This document shows positions 55,443 to 64,000 of a stretch of DNA of 64,000 bases, piece by piece. Every line of letters starts with the position of its first letter. The first letter of the stretch is position 1. The stretch spans positions 4,224,001-4,288,000 of the forward strand of contig OZ251997.1 of assembly GCA_965247095.1 (NCBI GenBank), given 5' to 3'. The notes under the pieces were generated by a model. It had not been told where the DNA came from. It saw only the letters and a list, made by a program, of their open reading frames with translations, and searched no databases. The position numbers and the translations under genes were made by a program. Source of the DNA: Candidatus Multivorans sp. GTDB taxonomy: Bacteria; Acidobacteriota; Thermoanaerobaculia; Multivoradales; Multivoraceae.

Positions 55443-57050
55443 TCAGGGACGCTCCGGTTCTACAGGCTCGAAGCTCCGATAGTCGTTCGGATCGCCGCTG
55501 CCCTTGTATCGCGCCTGCAGCGGGTAGGGATAATGGGGCCGCGTGAACGTGTAGCTATCGGGGACCGAAGTATTCGCTTTGACCCAAGCTGCCCCACTCC
55601 GTGGGCCGGATGGCATTTCTTCGGGATGGTAGCCGACGATCATGTCGGGCGCCTGACCCTCTTCGACCCAGGCTTCGAGATAGCTGAGAAAATCGCCGCT
55701 GGCCGCGCCAACGCCACCATAGCAATGCGTACGGCCCGGAATCATGAACAGCCGAACCGCCTCTTGGGTGCTGGCTCGCCCGCCCATGATGCGTTCCGCC
55801 ATCTCATAGTAGTCGACGCTGACTTGCGGCGAGGGCAGACCCGAGTCTTCCCAACCCTGGATGATCAGCAGCTTGCCACCCGCAGCCTTGAAATTGCGCA
55901 GATCGGGATTGCTGTAACCATTCACCAGCGCATCCATCATCCCGGTGCGCTTGTAATCGTGGTCGAAATCGAAGTCGGTCGCCGTCCAGCTCGGTCCCGG
56001 ATCCGGGTTGAACCCCATGAACCGCCACCACGAGGTGGGGCCGTCGAGGCCCATGGAGAAGTAGTTGCCCTTCTCCGAGCCGGGCATGGCGGGGTACCAC
56101 GGGAAGTATTTGCTGAGCTTCTCCCCGGTCGATGTCACCGGCCCGCTGTACACTTTCCTGGCCGCCTCCACCTGGACCGGCGATAGACAGCCCGATGTCT
56201 GCCCCGACGCGCAGGTCAGGTCGGCCGGATCGAATTGGCAGGTCCGGGGATCGCCACCGATGATTCCATCCTCGAGGCCATCGTCCGCATCGCAGGCGGC
56301 AATGGCCCCCGCGTGCAGCACGTCCAGATCGGCGGGTGTGAACAGCGGCTGGCCGTCCGCGTCATGCGTTGCCAAGGCGTTCCACAGGATCATCACACCC
56401 GAGGCCGTTACACTCGCGGGCTCCTGGACGAGAATGCCGTCGAAGTTCCAGGGAAAGCGATTCGCTTGGACCATCCCCTGCTTCCCGCCGGCGGAACAGC
56501 CCACATGATAGGAGAACGCCGGCGCCCGGCCGTAGTAGTGTTCGGTGATGGCCTTGCCCGCCAGGGCGGCGACATGGTGACCGCGGATGCCGTAATCGAA
56601 CTCCGCCTGGAGATTGTTGTAGGCCCACGAGGCCCTTCTTGTTCTGCCGAAATGCCCCGTATCGTGTGAGAGACAGGCATAGCCTCTCCGCAAGGCCTCA
56701 TCGCACCAGGCGGCCATCGATTCCGTCGAGCCGCCATAGCCACCAGGGCTCGCCTCCAAAAACCTACCGCTCCACGCGGCGCTGTTCGGCAGGCGTACCA
56801 CGATCCGGACATTGGGCGCGACATACCCCTCCACCCGGCAATGGGCGGGCACCTCGCCGGCGGCCTCCACCATTCGGGTCGCCGTCACCTGCGTCGGCGC
56901 ATCCTGAATGCTCGTGAAGTCCATCGTCGGCAGCGCCTCGCAGTCATCAACGGCCGGGAGCGTACCGGCGCGCAAGCTGCCGGCCCCGACCCCCATCGCG
57001 CCCATCGCCAGCGCTAGAACCAACGGGAATCTCTTGAAGGTGCGCGTCAT
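55443..57050 (-). CDS. Tannase/feruloyl esterase family hydrolase
   Basis: Signal peptide, HCRVEG, DTGH, GCSAGGKQG, CDADDGLEDG, GGKLLIIQGWED, RLFMIPGRTHC, ARYKGSGD. Confidence 0.92.
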   Translation of the reverse strand: MTRTFKRFPLVLALAMGAMGVGAGSLRAGTLPAVDDCEALPTMDFTSIQDAPTQVTATRMVEAAGEVPAHCRVEGYVAPNVRIVVRLPNSAAWSGRFLEASPGGYGGSTESMAAWCDEALRRGYACLSHDTGHFGRTRRASWAYNNLQAEFDYGIRGHHVAALAGKAITEHYYGRAPAFSYHVGCSAGGKQGMVQANRFPWNFDGILVQEPASVTASGVMILWNALATHDADGQPLFTPADLDVLHAGAIAACDADDGLEDGIIGGDPRTCQFDPADLTCASGQTSGCLSPVQVEAARKVYSGPVTSTGEKLSKYFPWYPAMPGSEKGNYFSMGLDGPTSWWRFMGFNPDPGPSWTATDFDFDHDYKRTGMMDALVNGYSNPDLRNFKAAGGKLLIIQGWEDSGLPSPQVSVDYYEMAERIMGGRASTQEAVRLFMIPGRTHCYGGVGAASGDFLSYLEAWVEEGQAPDMIVGYHPEEMPSGPRSGAAWVKANTSVPDSYTFTRPHYPYPLQARYKGSGDPNDYRSFEPVEPERP

Positions 57051-57069
57051 CGTATCTCCTTTGTTGCCT

Positions 57070-57420
57070 TCAGCGACGCCTCGGTTCGACAGGCTCGAAA
57101 CTCCGATAGTCGTTCGGATCGCCGCTGCCCTTGTATCGCGCCTGCAGCGGATAGGGATAATGCGGCCGCGTGAAGTCGTAGCTGTCGGGTACCGAGGCAT
57201 TCGCTTCAACCGAGTTCAACCCTGCGGCGTGGTAGCCGATGATCATATCGGGCCCCTGACCCTCCTCCACCCAGGCCTCGAGATAGCTGAGAAAGTCACC
57301 GCTGGCGGCACCGACACCCCGTTACCAGTGCGACCGTCCAGGAATCATGAAGAGACGATAGAAGTCCTGGGTGGCGGCCCGGTCGCCGATGATGCGTTCC
57401 GCCATCTCATAGTAGTCGAC
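57070..57420 (-). pseudogene. Tannase 3' fragment, frameshifted
   Basis: VDYYEMAERIIG...RLFMIPGRSH and EEGQGPD...FTRPHYPYPLQARYKGSGDPND in different frames; near-identical to the end of 55443-57050. Confidence 0.85.
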
Positions 57421-57883
57421 CACCGCCAGCACAGGGAACAGGACCCGGCGGCGGAGCATCAGCTGGGCTCGCCTGCTGCGCAAGGTGTACGAGATCGATC
57501 CCCTGCTGTGCTCGTACTGCGGCGGCGAAGTGAGAATCGTGGCCTTCGTCACCAAGCTCTCTTCCATCCGCAGGCCCCTCGCTCACTCACCGCCAGCCCC
57601 CGAGCTGGTCTATGAGCCTGTCTGAGACACCCATCCCTGCCGACACAAAGAGCGCCTGACGCTCCCGGGGGACCCTCGACTCCTCTGGCCCCCCTCCGGG
57701 GACTCCTGGGGGGCCCCGCTGCCGCGCACGCCCCCAAGCACTCTCGCGACCCACCTGCCGCCAGGCCCGCGCACTCTAATCCCGCTGTCGAGCCGCCGAG
57801 AAGTCGCCCCCAGGACCTCCAGCTCTCGCCCAGGTCTCCGAAAACCCTCATGCTCCTCATGCTCAGAAAAGCGATTTCCTACC
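57421..57883 (+). mobile_element. IS91/ISCR-like transposase 3' remnant with putative oriIS end
   Basis: Manual translation SWARLLRKVYEIDPLLCSYCGGEVRIVAFVT (stop at 57625); non-coding tail ending gcgatttcctacc exactly where the next truncated gene begins. Confidence 0.7.
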
Positions 57884-57884
57884 C

Positions 57885-58639
57885 GTGCCCACACTGCCGG
57901 CCGCCTTCGATCGCCAGGGCATGACGCTCGACGACGTGATCGACTTCACGCCGGAGCTCCACGCCGAAGCCCTCGAGATCCTCGAGCCCTACAAGCTCGG
58001 ACCGCTCTACGAGCTTCCGTCGCCCGAAGGAACGATTCAGATGCCGGGCTTCGGCGGCGGCGGAAACTGGGGTGGCGCGGCCTTCGACCCCGAGACGCAG
58101 TGGCTTTTCGTGCCGTCGATGACGGCTCCCATTCGCGTCGCCGTTGGACCGCCGCCGGATCCCTCGCGGACCGAGTTCGATCAAGCCGTGATCATGCGCG
58201 TACGGCTGGAGGGTCCACGCGGCCTGCCCTACGTCAAGCCGCCCTACGGCCGGGTGACGGCCATCAACCTCAAAACCGGCGAGCACGAGTGGATGGTGCC
58301 CAACGGCGCCGGCCCACGCGACCACGAGGCGTTGGCGCATCTCGACCTGCCGCCGCTGGGTTGGGCGCGGATCGTGGGCGTACTGGTGACGCCGGAGCTG
58401 CTCTTCGTCCCCGGCCGCGGCTCGATGCTGAGTCGTGGCGATGCAACGAGTCCGTATCTCTACGTGCGCGACAAGACGAGCGGAGAGCTCTTGCACGTGA
58501 GCTGCCCCTACCGGCCGAGGGCCGGGCGCCGCCAATGACCTACGCTCTCGACGGTCGCCAGTACATCGCGACCGCGGTCGGCATGCCCGGTGAGCCCGAG
58601 TCGCTCGTCGTCTGGGCCCTACCCGAACCCACCGACTAG
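57885..58639 (+). pseudogene. PQQ glucose dehydrogenase-like 3' fragment, frameshifted near 58499
   Basis: GGGNWGGAAFDPET, KPPYGRVTAINL, then APPMTYALDGRQYIA in a second frame. Confidence 0.8.
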
Positions 58640-58647
58640 GCCGTGCC

Positions 58648-59769
58648 CTAGCGCACGGATTCGGCGATCCGCCGGATCAGCTCGGCGAAGAAGTTGTCTT
58701 CCGCGTTGATCGAGCCCCGACCCCCACCGGTCCGTACGATCACGAGCCGCAGACTCGGAACGCCGGCCACCAGCTGGCCGCCCGAGCCGAACATCAGGAA
58801 GGTGTCGTCGGGCGCGCCCGGAACGAGCTTTCGATCGATCCGCTCGGGCACCGAGTAGGCGCGGAAGAAGTCGCCCGCGTTCAAGTGGTGAAAGAGCCCG
58901 AAAGACGGGTTGACTCGGGGAGCCGGTGACTCGACGAGGGCCGCCGTGTAGCTCTGAGGCAGATAGCGCTCTCCGTTCCACACACCACCGTCGAGGATCA
59001 CCTGGGCGGATTTCGCGAAGTCCCGAGGCGTGAGGCGGATCGATTGGTAGCCGATGAAGGTCTCGGTGTCGCCATCGACGGCGTAGAGCCGCACCCAATA
59101 GGCGCCGTCGATGGAGAGCGGCGCCAGAGCCTCCTCCGCGGTCAGTTCCTCCAGGCTCTTTCCAGAGGCTCGCTCCAAGCCGGTGAAGAGCAGACGGTAG
59201 ACGACGTTGTTGTAGTGATAGCGCTCGAAGGGAGCCGCGATGATCCTGCGCTCCAAGGCGATCTCGAGCTGCGTCCTGCCGCTGCGTCCCAGGCCCTCGA
59301 TCTCCGGCGAGTTCTCCACCCCCGATTCCATGGCCAGCACACTGCGGAAGGTGACGGCTGACTGTTCTTCGGGCATCTCGGGAACGAGCTCGTGCACCGG
59401 CTGGTCGAGATCGCGAAGGTAGCCACGCTCGATGGCACGTCCCACGACGAGCGCAAAGAGCGACTTCGTACCCGAGTAGGTCTGCTGCACGTCGCCCGGT
59501 CCTTTGCCGTTCCAGTAGCGTTCGAGCACGATCGCTCCGTCGTGAATGACGAGGAGGCTGTCGGACTCGTTGCCGGCAGCGAGCCGGGCGGCGCCCTCCA
59601 AACGGTCGGCGTCGATGCCCCGGTCCTGAGGGTCGGCGGTCGGCCAGCTGTGGTCCGGTCCGCCGCCGGATACCCGACCGGGCCGTTGCTCGATCCGGGG
59701 CTGAGCCACCGTCAGGCTAGGCAGCAGCACGACCGCCAGCGTCAAAGCGACGACCGCTCTTGCTCTCAT
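58648..59769 (-). CDS. Serine hydrolase (class C beta-lactamase-like)
   Basis: Signal peptide, SGTK (SxxK), YHYNN, LTPRDFAK, GSGGQ. Confidence 0.88.
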   Translation of the reverse strand: MRARAVVALTLAVVLLPSLTVAQPRIEQRPGRVSGGGPDHSWPTADPQDRGIDADRLEGAARLAAGNESDSLLVIHDGAIVLERYWNGKGPGDVQQTYSGTKSLFALVVGRAIERGYLRDLDQPVHELVPEMPEEQSAVTFRSVLAMESGVENSPEIEGLGRSGRTQLEIALERRIIAAPFERYHYNNVVYRLLFTGLERASGKSLEELTAEEALAPLSIDGAYWVRLYAVDGDTETFIGYQSIRLTPRDFAKSAQVILDGGVWNGERYLPQSYTAALVESPAPRVNPSFGLFHHLNAGDFFRAYSVPERIDRKLVPGAPDDTFLMFGSGGQLVAGVPSLRLVIVRTGGGRGSINAEDNFFAELIRRIAESVR

Positions 59770-59925
59770 CCTTCGATTATAGGGCGGGACCGGCGTCCGC
59801 CCCGGTCCATGCCCGTTCGGTATGCTTGCGGAACGACCCTCGGTTGTGGGAGCAGGCTCGAGGCGAGCCCCGAGCTCTTGAGCACCTCTGCCGAGGTCGT
59901 GCGGACGCGCCGACTGGAGACTGCT

Positions 59926-60528
59926 ATGAAGACCTCGACCCGCTCTGCGACTCCGGCTTTCTTTTCCGCCCTTCCCGTGGCGTGCTCGGGCACGGCGCTG
60001 GCCTCCGAGAGTTGGACCGCGCCGAAGACTCCTTGGGGCGATCCCGATCTCTCGGGCATCTACACGAACACCACCCTGACGCCCTTCGAGCGCCCCGCCG
60101 ATCTCGGTGACAAAGCCTTCCTCACCGAGGAGGAAGTTGCCGAACTGGAGAGCGGTCGAGCCGAGCAGATCGAAGGACTCCATGCACGCCCGGCTTCCGA
60201 GACGCAGGCCGGAGGCAGCATCGGCGCCTACAACCTTCATTGGATGGAGCTCGGAATGAAAGTCGTCGGCAGCCGGAGCACGTCGCTGGTGGTCGACCCG
60301 CCCAACGGCCGCGTTCCCGTTCGCCCGGAAGCCGAGGAGGAGCGGCGCTATCACCTCGAGCGCATCGCCGACTCCTACGAGCATATGAGTGTCTGGGATC
60401 GCTGCATCACGAGGGGAGTGCCCGGAGGCATGTTCCCTGCAGGCTACAACAACGGGTACCAGGTCCACGCCGAGCGCCTGATCTGCAACTTCATCGGCGC
60501 CACCGTCCGGGCTGGCTACTACGATTGA
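59926..60528 (+). pseudogene. N-terminal half of a conserved hypothetical exported protein (same family as 54445-54948), 3'-truncated
   Basis: KTPWGDPDLSGIYTN.TLTPFERP, TSLVVDPPNGRVP, DRCI, YNNGYQ, then unrelated sequence. Confidence 0.7.
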
Positions 60529-60608
60529 GTTGATCGATACACATGTTCACCGAGTGGTAATGCAATCGTGATCAGCGATGCAGAAAGTAGAAGCCAGATG
60601 GGTTATAA

Positions 60609-61886
60609 CCATTGCTGTCCCACAAACTTCAGAGTAGAGCGAGTTGAGTTCGCGTGTTGTTCGGGTCGGGTGGTCCGCTCGGAGGTTCGAAGAGGTCCAG
60701 CAGCGATCTTCGGTCGAACAGGTTGAGTTGCAGAAGGCGCAGGATCCGGCTCATGCTCCAGGACATCTTGTTGACGAACTTCAGGTAGGCGAGCAGGAGA
60801 TGGACGCACACGGCGATCCAGATCTGCGTCATGACCGCGTTGGGCGAGGCGCCGACGAAACTCTTGATGCGCAGGTTCTGTTTGATCCACTTGAAGAAGA
60901 GCTCGACCTGCCAGCGCGCCTTGTAGATGTCCGCGATGGTCTTCGGGGCGAGGCTGAAGTTGTTGGTCAGGAACTTGTAGTGCCGGCCCGTCTCCGGGTC
61001 GCGATAGCCGACCCGACGCAACGGAATCGGGCACCGCTTGCGCCCCTTGACGCTGGTCAGCTCGATGGTCTGGTCCGACGTCACGCCCCGGCCGCGAGCG
61101 AACGAGCGCCGCTCCCGAACCGCGTACTTGACCTTGCGCTTCAGGCGGGTGACCAGGAAAACCCCTTGTGCATCAAGGTCCTTCAGCCATCCGAAGTCGA
61201 GGTACAGACGGTCCGCCGCCACGATGCTCCCCTTCGGAAGACGAAGCGACCGGGCCACCTCGAGGTCCGAGCCCTTGCCGTCGGTGACGTGCAGGAACGA
61301 CGGCAGACAGCCCTCGTGGTCGAGACCCACGTGCAGCTTCAACGCCCCCTTGGTCTTGCGGTACCGCGCCCAGGGAAACACCTTCAGGCACAGGTCCACG
61401 TACGTGGCGTCGAGCGACAACAGCTTGTTCCGGAAACGGAACCCATGCCCCGGCGCCGCCGCCTGACAACGGCTCAGAAGGCGACCGAACAGCGCCTCGT
61501 ACAGTTCGTGAGGCTGCTCTCTGTTCACCCGCGCCAGCGAAGATCGGGCTACCCGGCCAACGCCGAGATGGTACAGCTTGTGAGCCTGCGCATCCAGGTT
61601 CGACACGATGTCTCGCAGACTGCGCCGCCCGGAAAGCTGCGCCATCGCCATCGCTACGAACTGGCCCCAGCGGCTCATCGAGCGCAGCTTGCGTCCCCTG
61701 TGATGCCGCCGGGCCTCCCGCTCGAACTCATGTCTCGACACCAGCTTGAGGAACTGGCCAAGTACGGTACTATTGTGCGCCATGGGTCTGGATCTCCTTG
61801 CCGTCATTGGCTTTGCTTGAACACCAATCATGCGACAAGGCACGGTTCAGACCCATCCTTCCTCCCCGTTTGTGGGACAGCACTGG
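60609..61886 (-). mobile_element. IS4-family element
   Basis: IRs ccattgctgtcccacaaac and gtttgtgggacagcactgg; no evident target duplication. Confidence 0.88.
60629..61783 (-). CDS. IS4-family transposase (DUF4372 plus DDE)
   Basis: QLSGRRSLRDI, LDAT, KLHVGLD, DRLY, YKARWQVELFFKWIKQNL. Confidence 0.93.
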   Translation of the reverse strand: MAHNSTVLGQFLKLVSRHEFEREARRHHRGRKLRSMSRWGQFVAMAMAQLSGRRSLRDIVSNLDAQAHKLYHLGVGRVARSSLARVNREQPHELYEALFGRLLSRCQAAAPGHGFRFRNKLLSLDATYVDLCLKVFPWARYRKTKGALKLHVGLDHEGCLPSFLHVTDGKGSDLEVARSLRLPKGSIVAADRLYLDFGWLKDLDAQGVFLVTRLKRKVKYAVRERRSFARGRGVTSDQTIELTSVKGRKRCPIPLRRVGYRDPETGRHYKFLTNNFSLAPKTIADIYKARWQVELFFKWIKQNLRIKSFVGASPNAVMTQIWIAVCVHLLLAYLKFVNKMSWSMSRILRLLQLNLFDRRSLLDLFEPPSGPPDPNNTRTQLALL

Positions 61887-62776
61887 TACTGGGTGAACGG
61901 GGACCGCAATGCGGCTGTCGCTCCGTTGATATGCGAAGGGCGCTTGAGTGGGGGAGCGGCGGCGCTCGATCCAGGGGGTGTAGAGACCACGCGAAGCGTA
62001 TTCGGGACCGGCAGCCTGTTCGTGCATGACACGCAGGGTCTAATGGGGATTGTTCCCCACTTGTCTGGATCTGCGGGCGGACCAGGGAATGACGGCGCCG
62101 GCAGAGAATGTACGGACACCAGATCCCTGGCGTTGCGCCATGATTCCTACTTCGGAGACCACGGCGTAGTCGGGGAGTGGGATGGAACCCCGTTTCGTGT
62201 GGACATGGTGCGCAACTTTCCCGAGTTCGTCACCGACACAGATCTCCAGCAGTTGCTCGATCCGATCGGTCGACTCGCCGATCAGATCGAAGCGCAGCTC
62301 GGGTACCGGATCGTTGAGATGGGCGAGTTGATCGAGGTCCCGTCCAGCGCACCAGCGCGTTGGGATCAGGAATTCGGTCGCTTCTCGCAGTCCTATCTGC
62401 TTCGCGAGCGCGGTCAGATCCTTGTGTTCTACATGAACGACGATAACCCTCAGGATTGGGATGGCAGGGGGGCTCAATAATGAGCGCCCATGCCTGTTGC
62501 GGGACTCTGAGCTACAACAAACGCGCCCTGGGGCCATGGTGGACCGATGACGATCCTTGTTGTCAGGGGAACGCCAATCGACGCGACGGAGAGGTCATCG
62601 TCCACGAGTTGTTTCATCTCCTGGGTTTCAAGCACGCCTTGGATCAGCCCGAGTTGATCGGAGTTGAAATGTCGCGCGGTGCGCTCGATGTTCCGTGGGA
62701 GACCGGATCTCGGGTTTTCTACGCGACAAAGAGCGATGTGGACAATCTCGGGTGCATCTTTCCTGAAGGCGGATGA
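61887..62776 (+). pseudogene. Putative zinc metallopeptidase, 5' end at IS4 and frameshifted at a G6 tract
   Basis: HELFHLLGFKH (HExxHxxGxxH) plus downstream Met in 62456-62776; the upstream half is in another frame ending at 62480. Confidence 0.65.
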
Positions 62777-62790
62777 AGTGCTTGATCGTG

Positions 62791-64000
62791 CTACCGGAAG
62801 TCGTGGCTCGGTACTCTCTCCAGCCGGTCGATGGGCCAGAACTTGTCCGCCTTGACGGATAGCGAGCCGTCCTTCTTCTGCAGTACGCCTTCGACGATCA
62901 GGCCGGAGGACGAGACGATCGTGCGGCGGTGCTTCTTGAGCTGGTCCGGCATGACGACCGCCTGGCTCATGCCGGTCTCATCCTCCAGGGTCAGGAACAG
63001 GAGGCCGCGGGCGGTGCCCGGGCGTTGGCGGACGATGACCGAGCCGGCGGTACGTACGCGGCGGCCGGCGGGCCGGTCCGGGAGTGCGGCCGCGGTCACG
63101 ACCCGGCGGCGGTCGAGCGCGCGGCGGTAGTACTCCATCGGGTGAGGGCCGGTGGTGATGGAGGCGATGGCGAAATCGGCGGCGGTCTCTTCCATCGGCG
63201 TCATCTCGTCGAGCGGCGAGGGAGTGGCGGTTGGAAGGTCCGCGAACAGGGGCCCCTTCGGTTTGTCGACCTGGGCCACCTGCCAGAGTGCGGCGCGCCG
63301 GCCGCGCCCAGGCAACGCGCCAATGGACGCCAGGGCCGCGAGCTCATGCCGGCGCAGGCGGCAGCGCTCGGCCAGATCCTCGATGGAACGGAACCGCCTC
63401 GCCGCCTGCTCGGCCTCGATCCGCTCCGCCGCTTCGCGCCGCATCCCCTTGATGTAGCGGAGCCCGAGGCGGATCGCGCCGGGCGGGGGCGGTTCGCCCG
63501 GCCGCGCCGCCCCGTCGTTCTCCACCGGCCGGTCCTGCCAGCGGCACCTGACCCCCGATTCGTTCACGTCGATCGGCAGCACGACGCTGCCCGCGCGCTG
63601 CGCTTCGCGGACCAGGGTCGCCGGGTGGTAGAAGCCCATCGGCCAGGCGTTCAGGAGCGAAAGGAAGAAGGCGGTCGGGTGGTGGCGCTTGAGGTAGGCG
63701 CTGGCGTAGGCGATCAGGGCGAAGCTGGCGGAGTGCGACTCGGGGAAACCGTAGAGCGCGAACGACGTGATCGCCTTGACGATCTGCTCCTGGGCCTGGC
63801 CGCGAATACCGCGCTCGTTCATGCCGGAGCGCAGCCGCTGTTCGATCTGCTGCATGCGCTCGACGGAACGCTTGAAGCCCATCGCGCGCCGCAGATCCTC
63901 CGCCTCGCCGCCGGAGAAGCCGGCCGCGACCATGGCGATCTTGAGAATCTGCTCCTGGAAGATCGGGACACCGAGGGTGCGGCGCAGGATCGGTTCGAGC
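62791..64000 (-). CDS. dnaE2: Error-prone DNA polymerase DnaE2, 3' part (runs off the window end)
   Basis: RTLGVPIFQEQ, AAGFSGGEAEDLRRAM, YGFPESHSASFA, LLNAWPMGFY, RQRPGTARG, SHDFR C-terminus. Confidence 0.95.
   Translation of the reverse strand, partial: LEPILRRTLGVPIFQEQILKIAMVAAGFSGGEAEDLRRAMGFKRSVERMQQIEQRLRSGMNERGIRGQAQEQIVKAITSFALYGFPESHSASFALIAYASAYLKRHHPTAFFLSLLNAWPMGFYHPATLVREAQRAGSVVLPIDVNESGVRCRWQDRPVENDGAARPGEPPPPGAIRLGLRYIKGMRREAAERIEAEQAARRFRSIEDLAERCRLRRHELAALASIGALPGRGRRAALWQVAQVDKPKGPLFADLPTATPSPLDEMTPMEETAADFAIASITTGPHPMEYYRRALDRRRVVTAAALPDRPAGRRVRTAGSVIVRQRPGTARGLLFLTLEDETGMSQAVVMPDQLKKHRRTIVSSSGLIVEGVLQKKDGSLSVKADKFWPIDRLERVPSHDFR

Overview
GC-rich bacterial chromosomal window. 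The gene repertoire (DUF3604 metallohydrolases, FG-GAP/VCBS propellers, several PQQ propellers, sulfatases, tricorn protease, planctomycete-type cytochrome c) resembles Acidobacteriota/Planctomycetota-like organisms; this is inference only. Most of the window is catabolic and periplasmic genes. These are interrupted by three type II TA pairs, four complete-looking IS elements (two related rve-type, one IS3, one IS4), an IS91/ISCR-like remnant and two decayed defence-gene relics, and the window ends in a fragment-rich region and a partial dnaE2. The best candidates for something new are: (1) a translationally coupled operon DUF3604 - FG-GAP - three tandem QueG/reductive-dehalogenase-like Fe-S proteins (27927-34213), divergent from a 2-hydroxyacid dehydrogenase / four-subunit 2-oxoacid:ferredoxin oxidoreductase / sulfatase operon; (2) a 68-69 bp double-hairpin element with a compensatory base change that sits in frame in two genes and once inside a REP; (3) a REP family repeatedly translated inside proteins; (4) a vapBC module bracketed by phased 15-bp repeats. 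No CRISPR array, rRNA or tRNA was seen. All family calls are from motif recognition by eye, not database searches.
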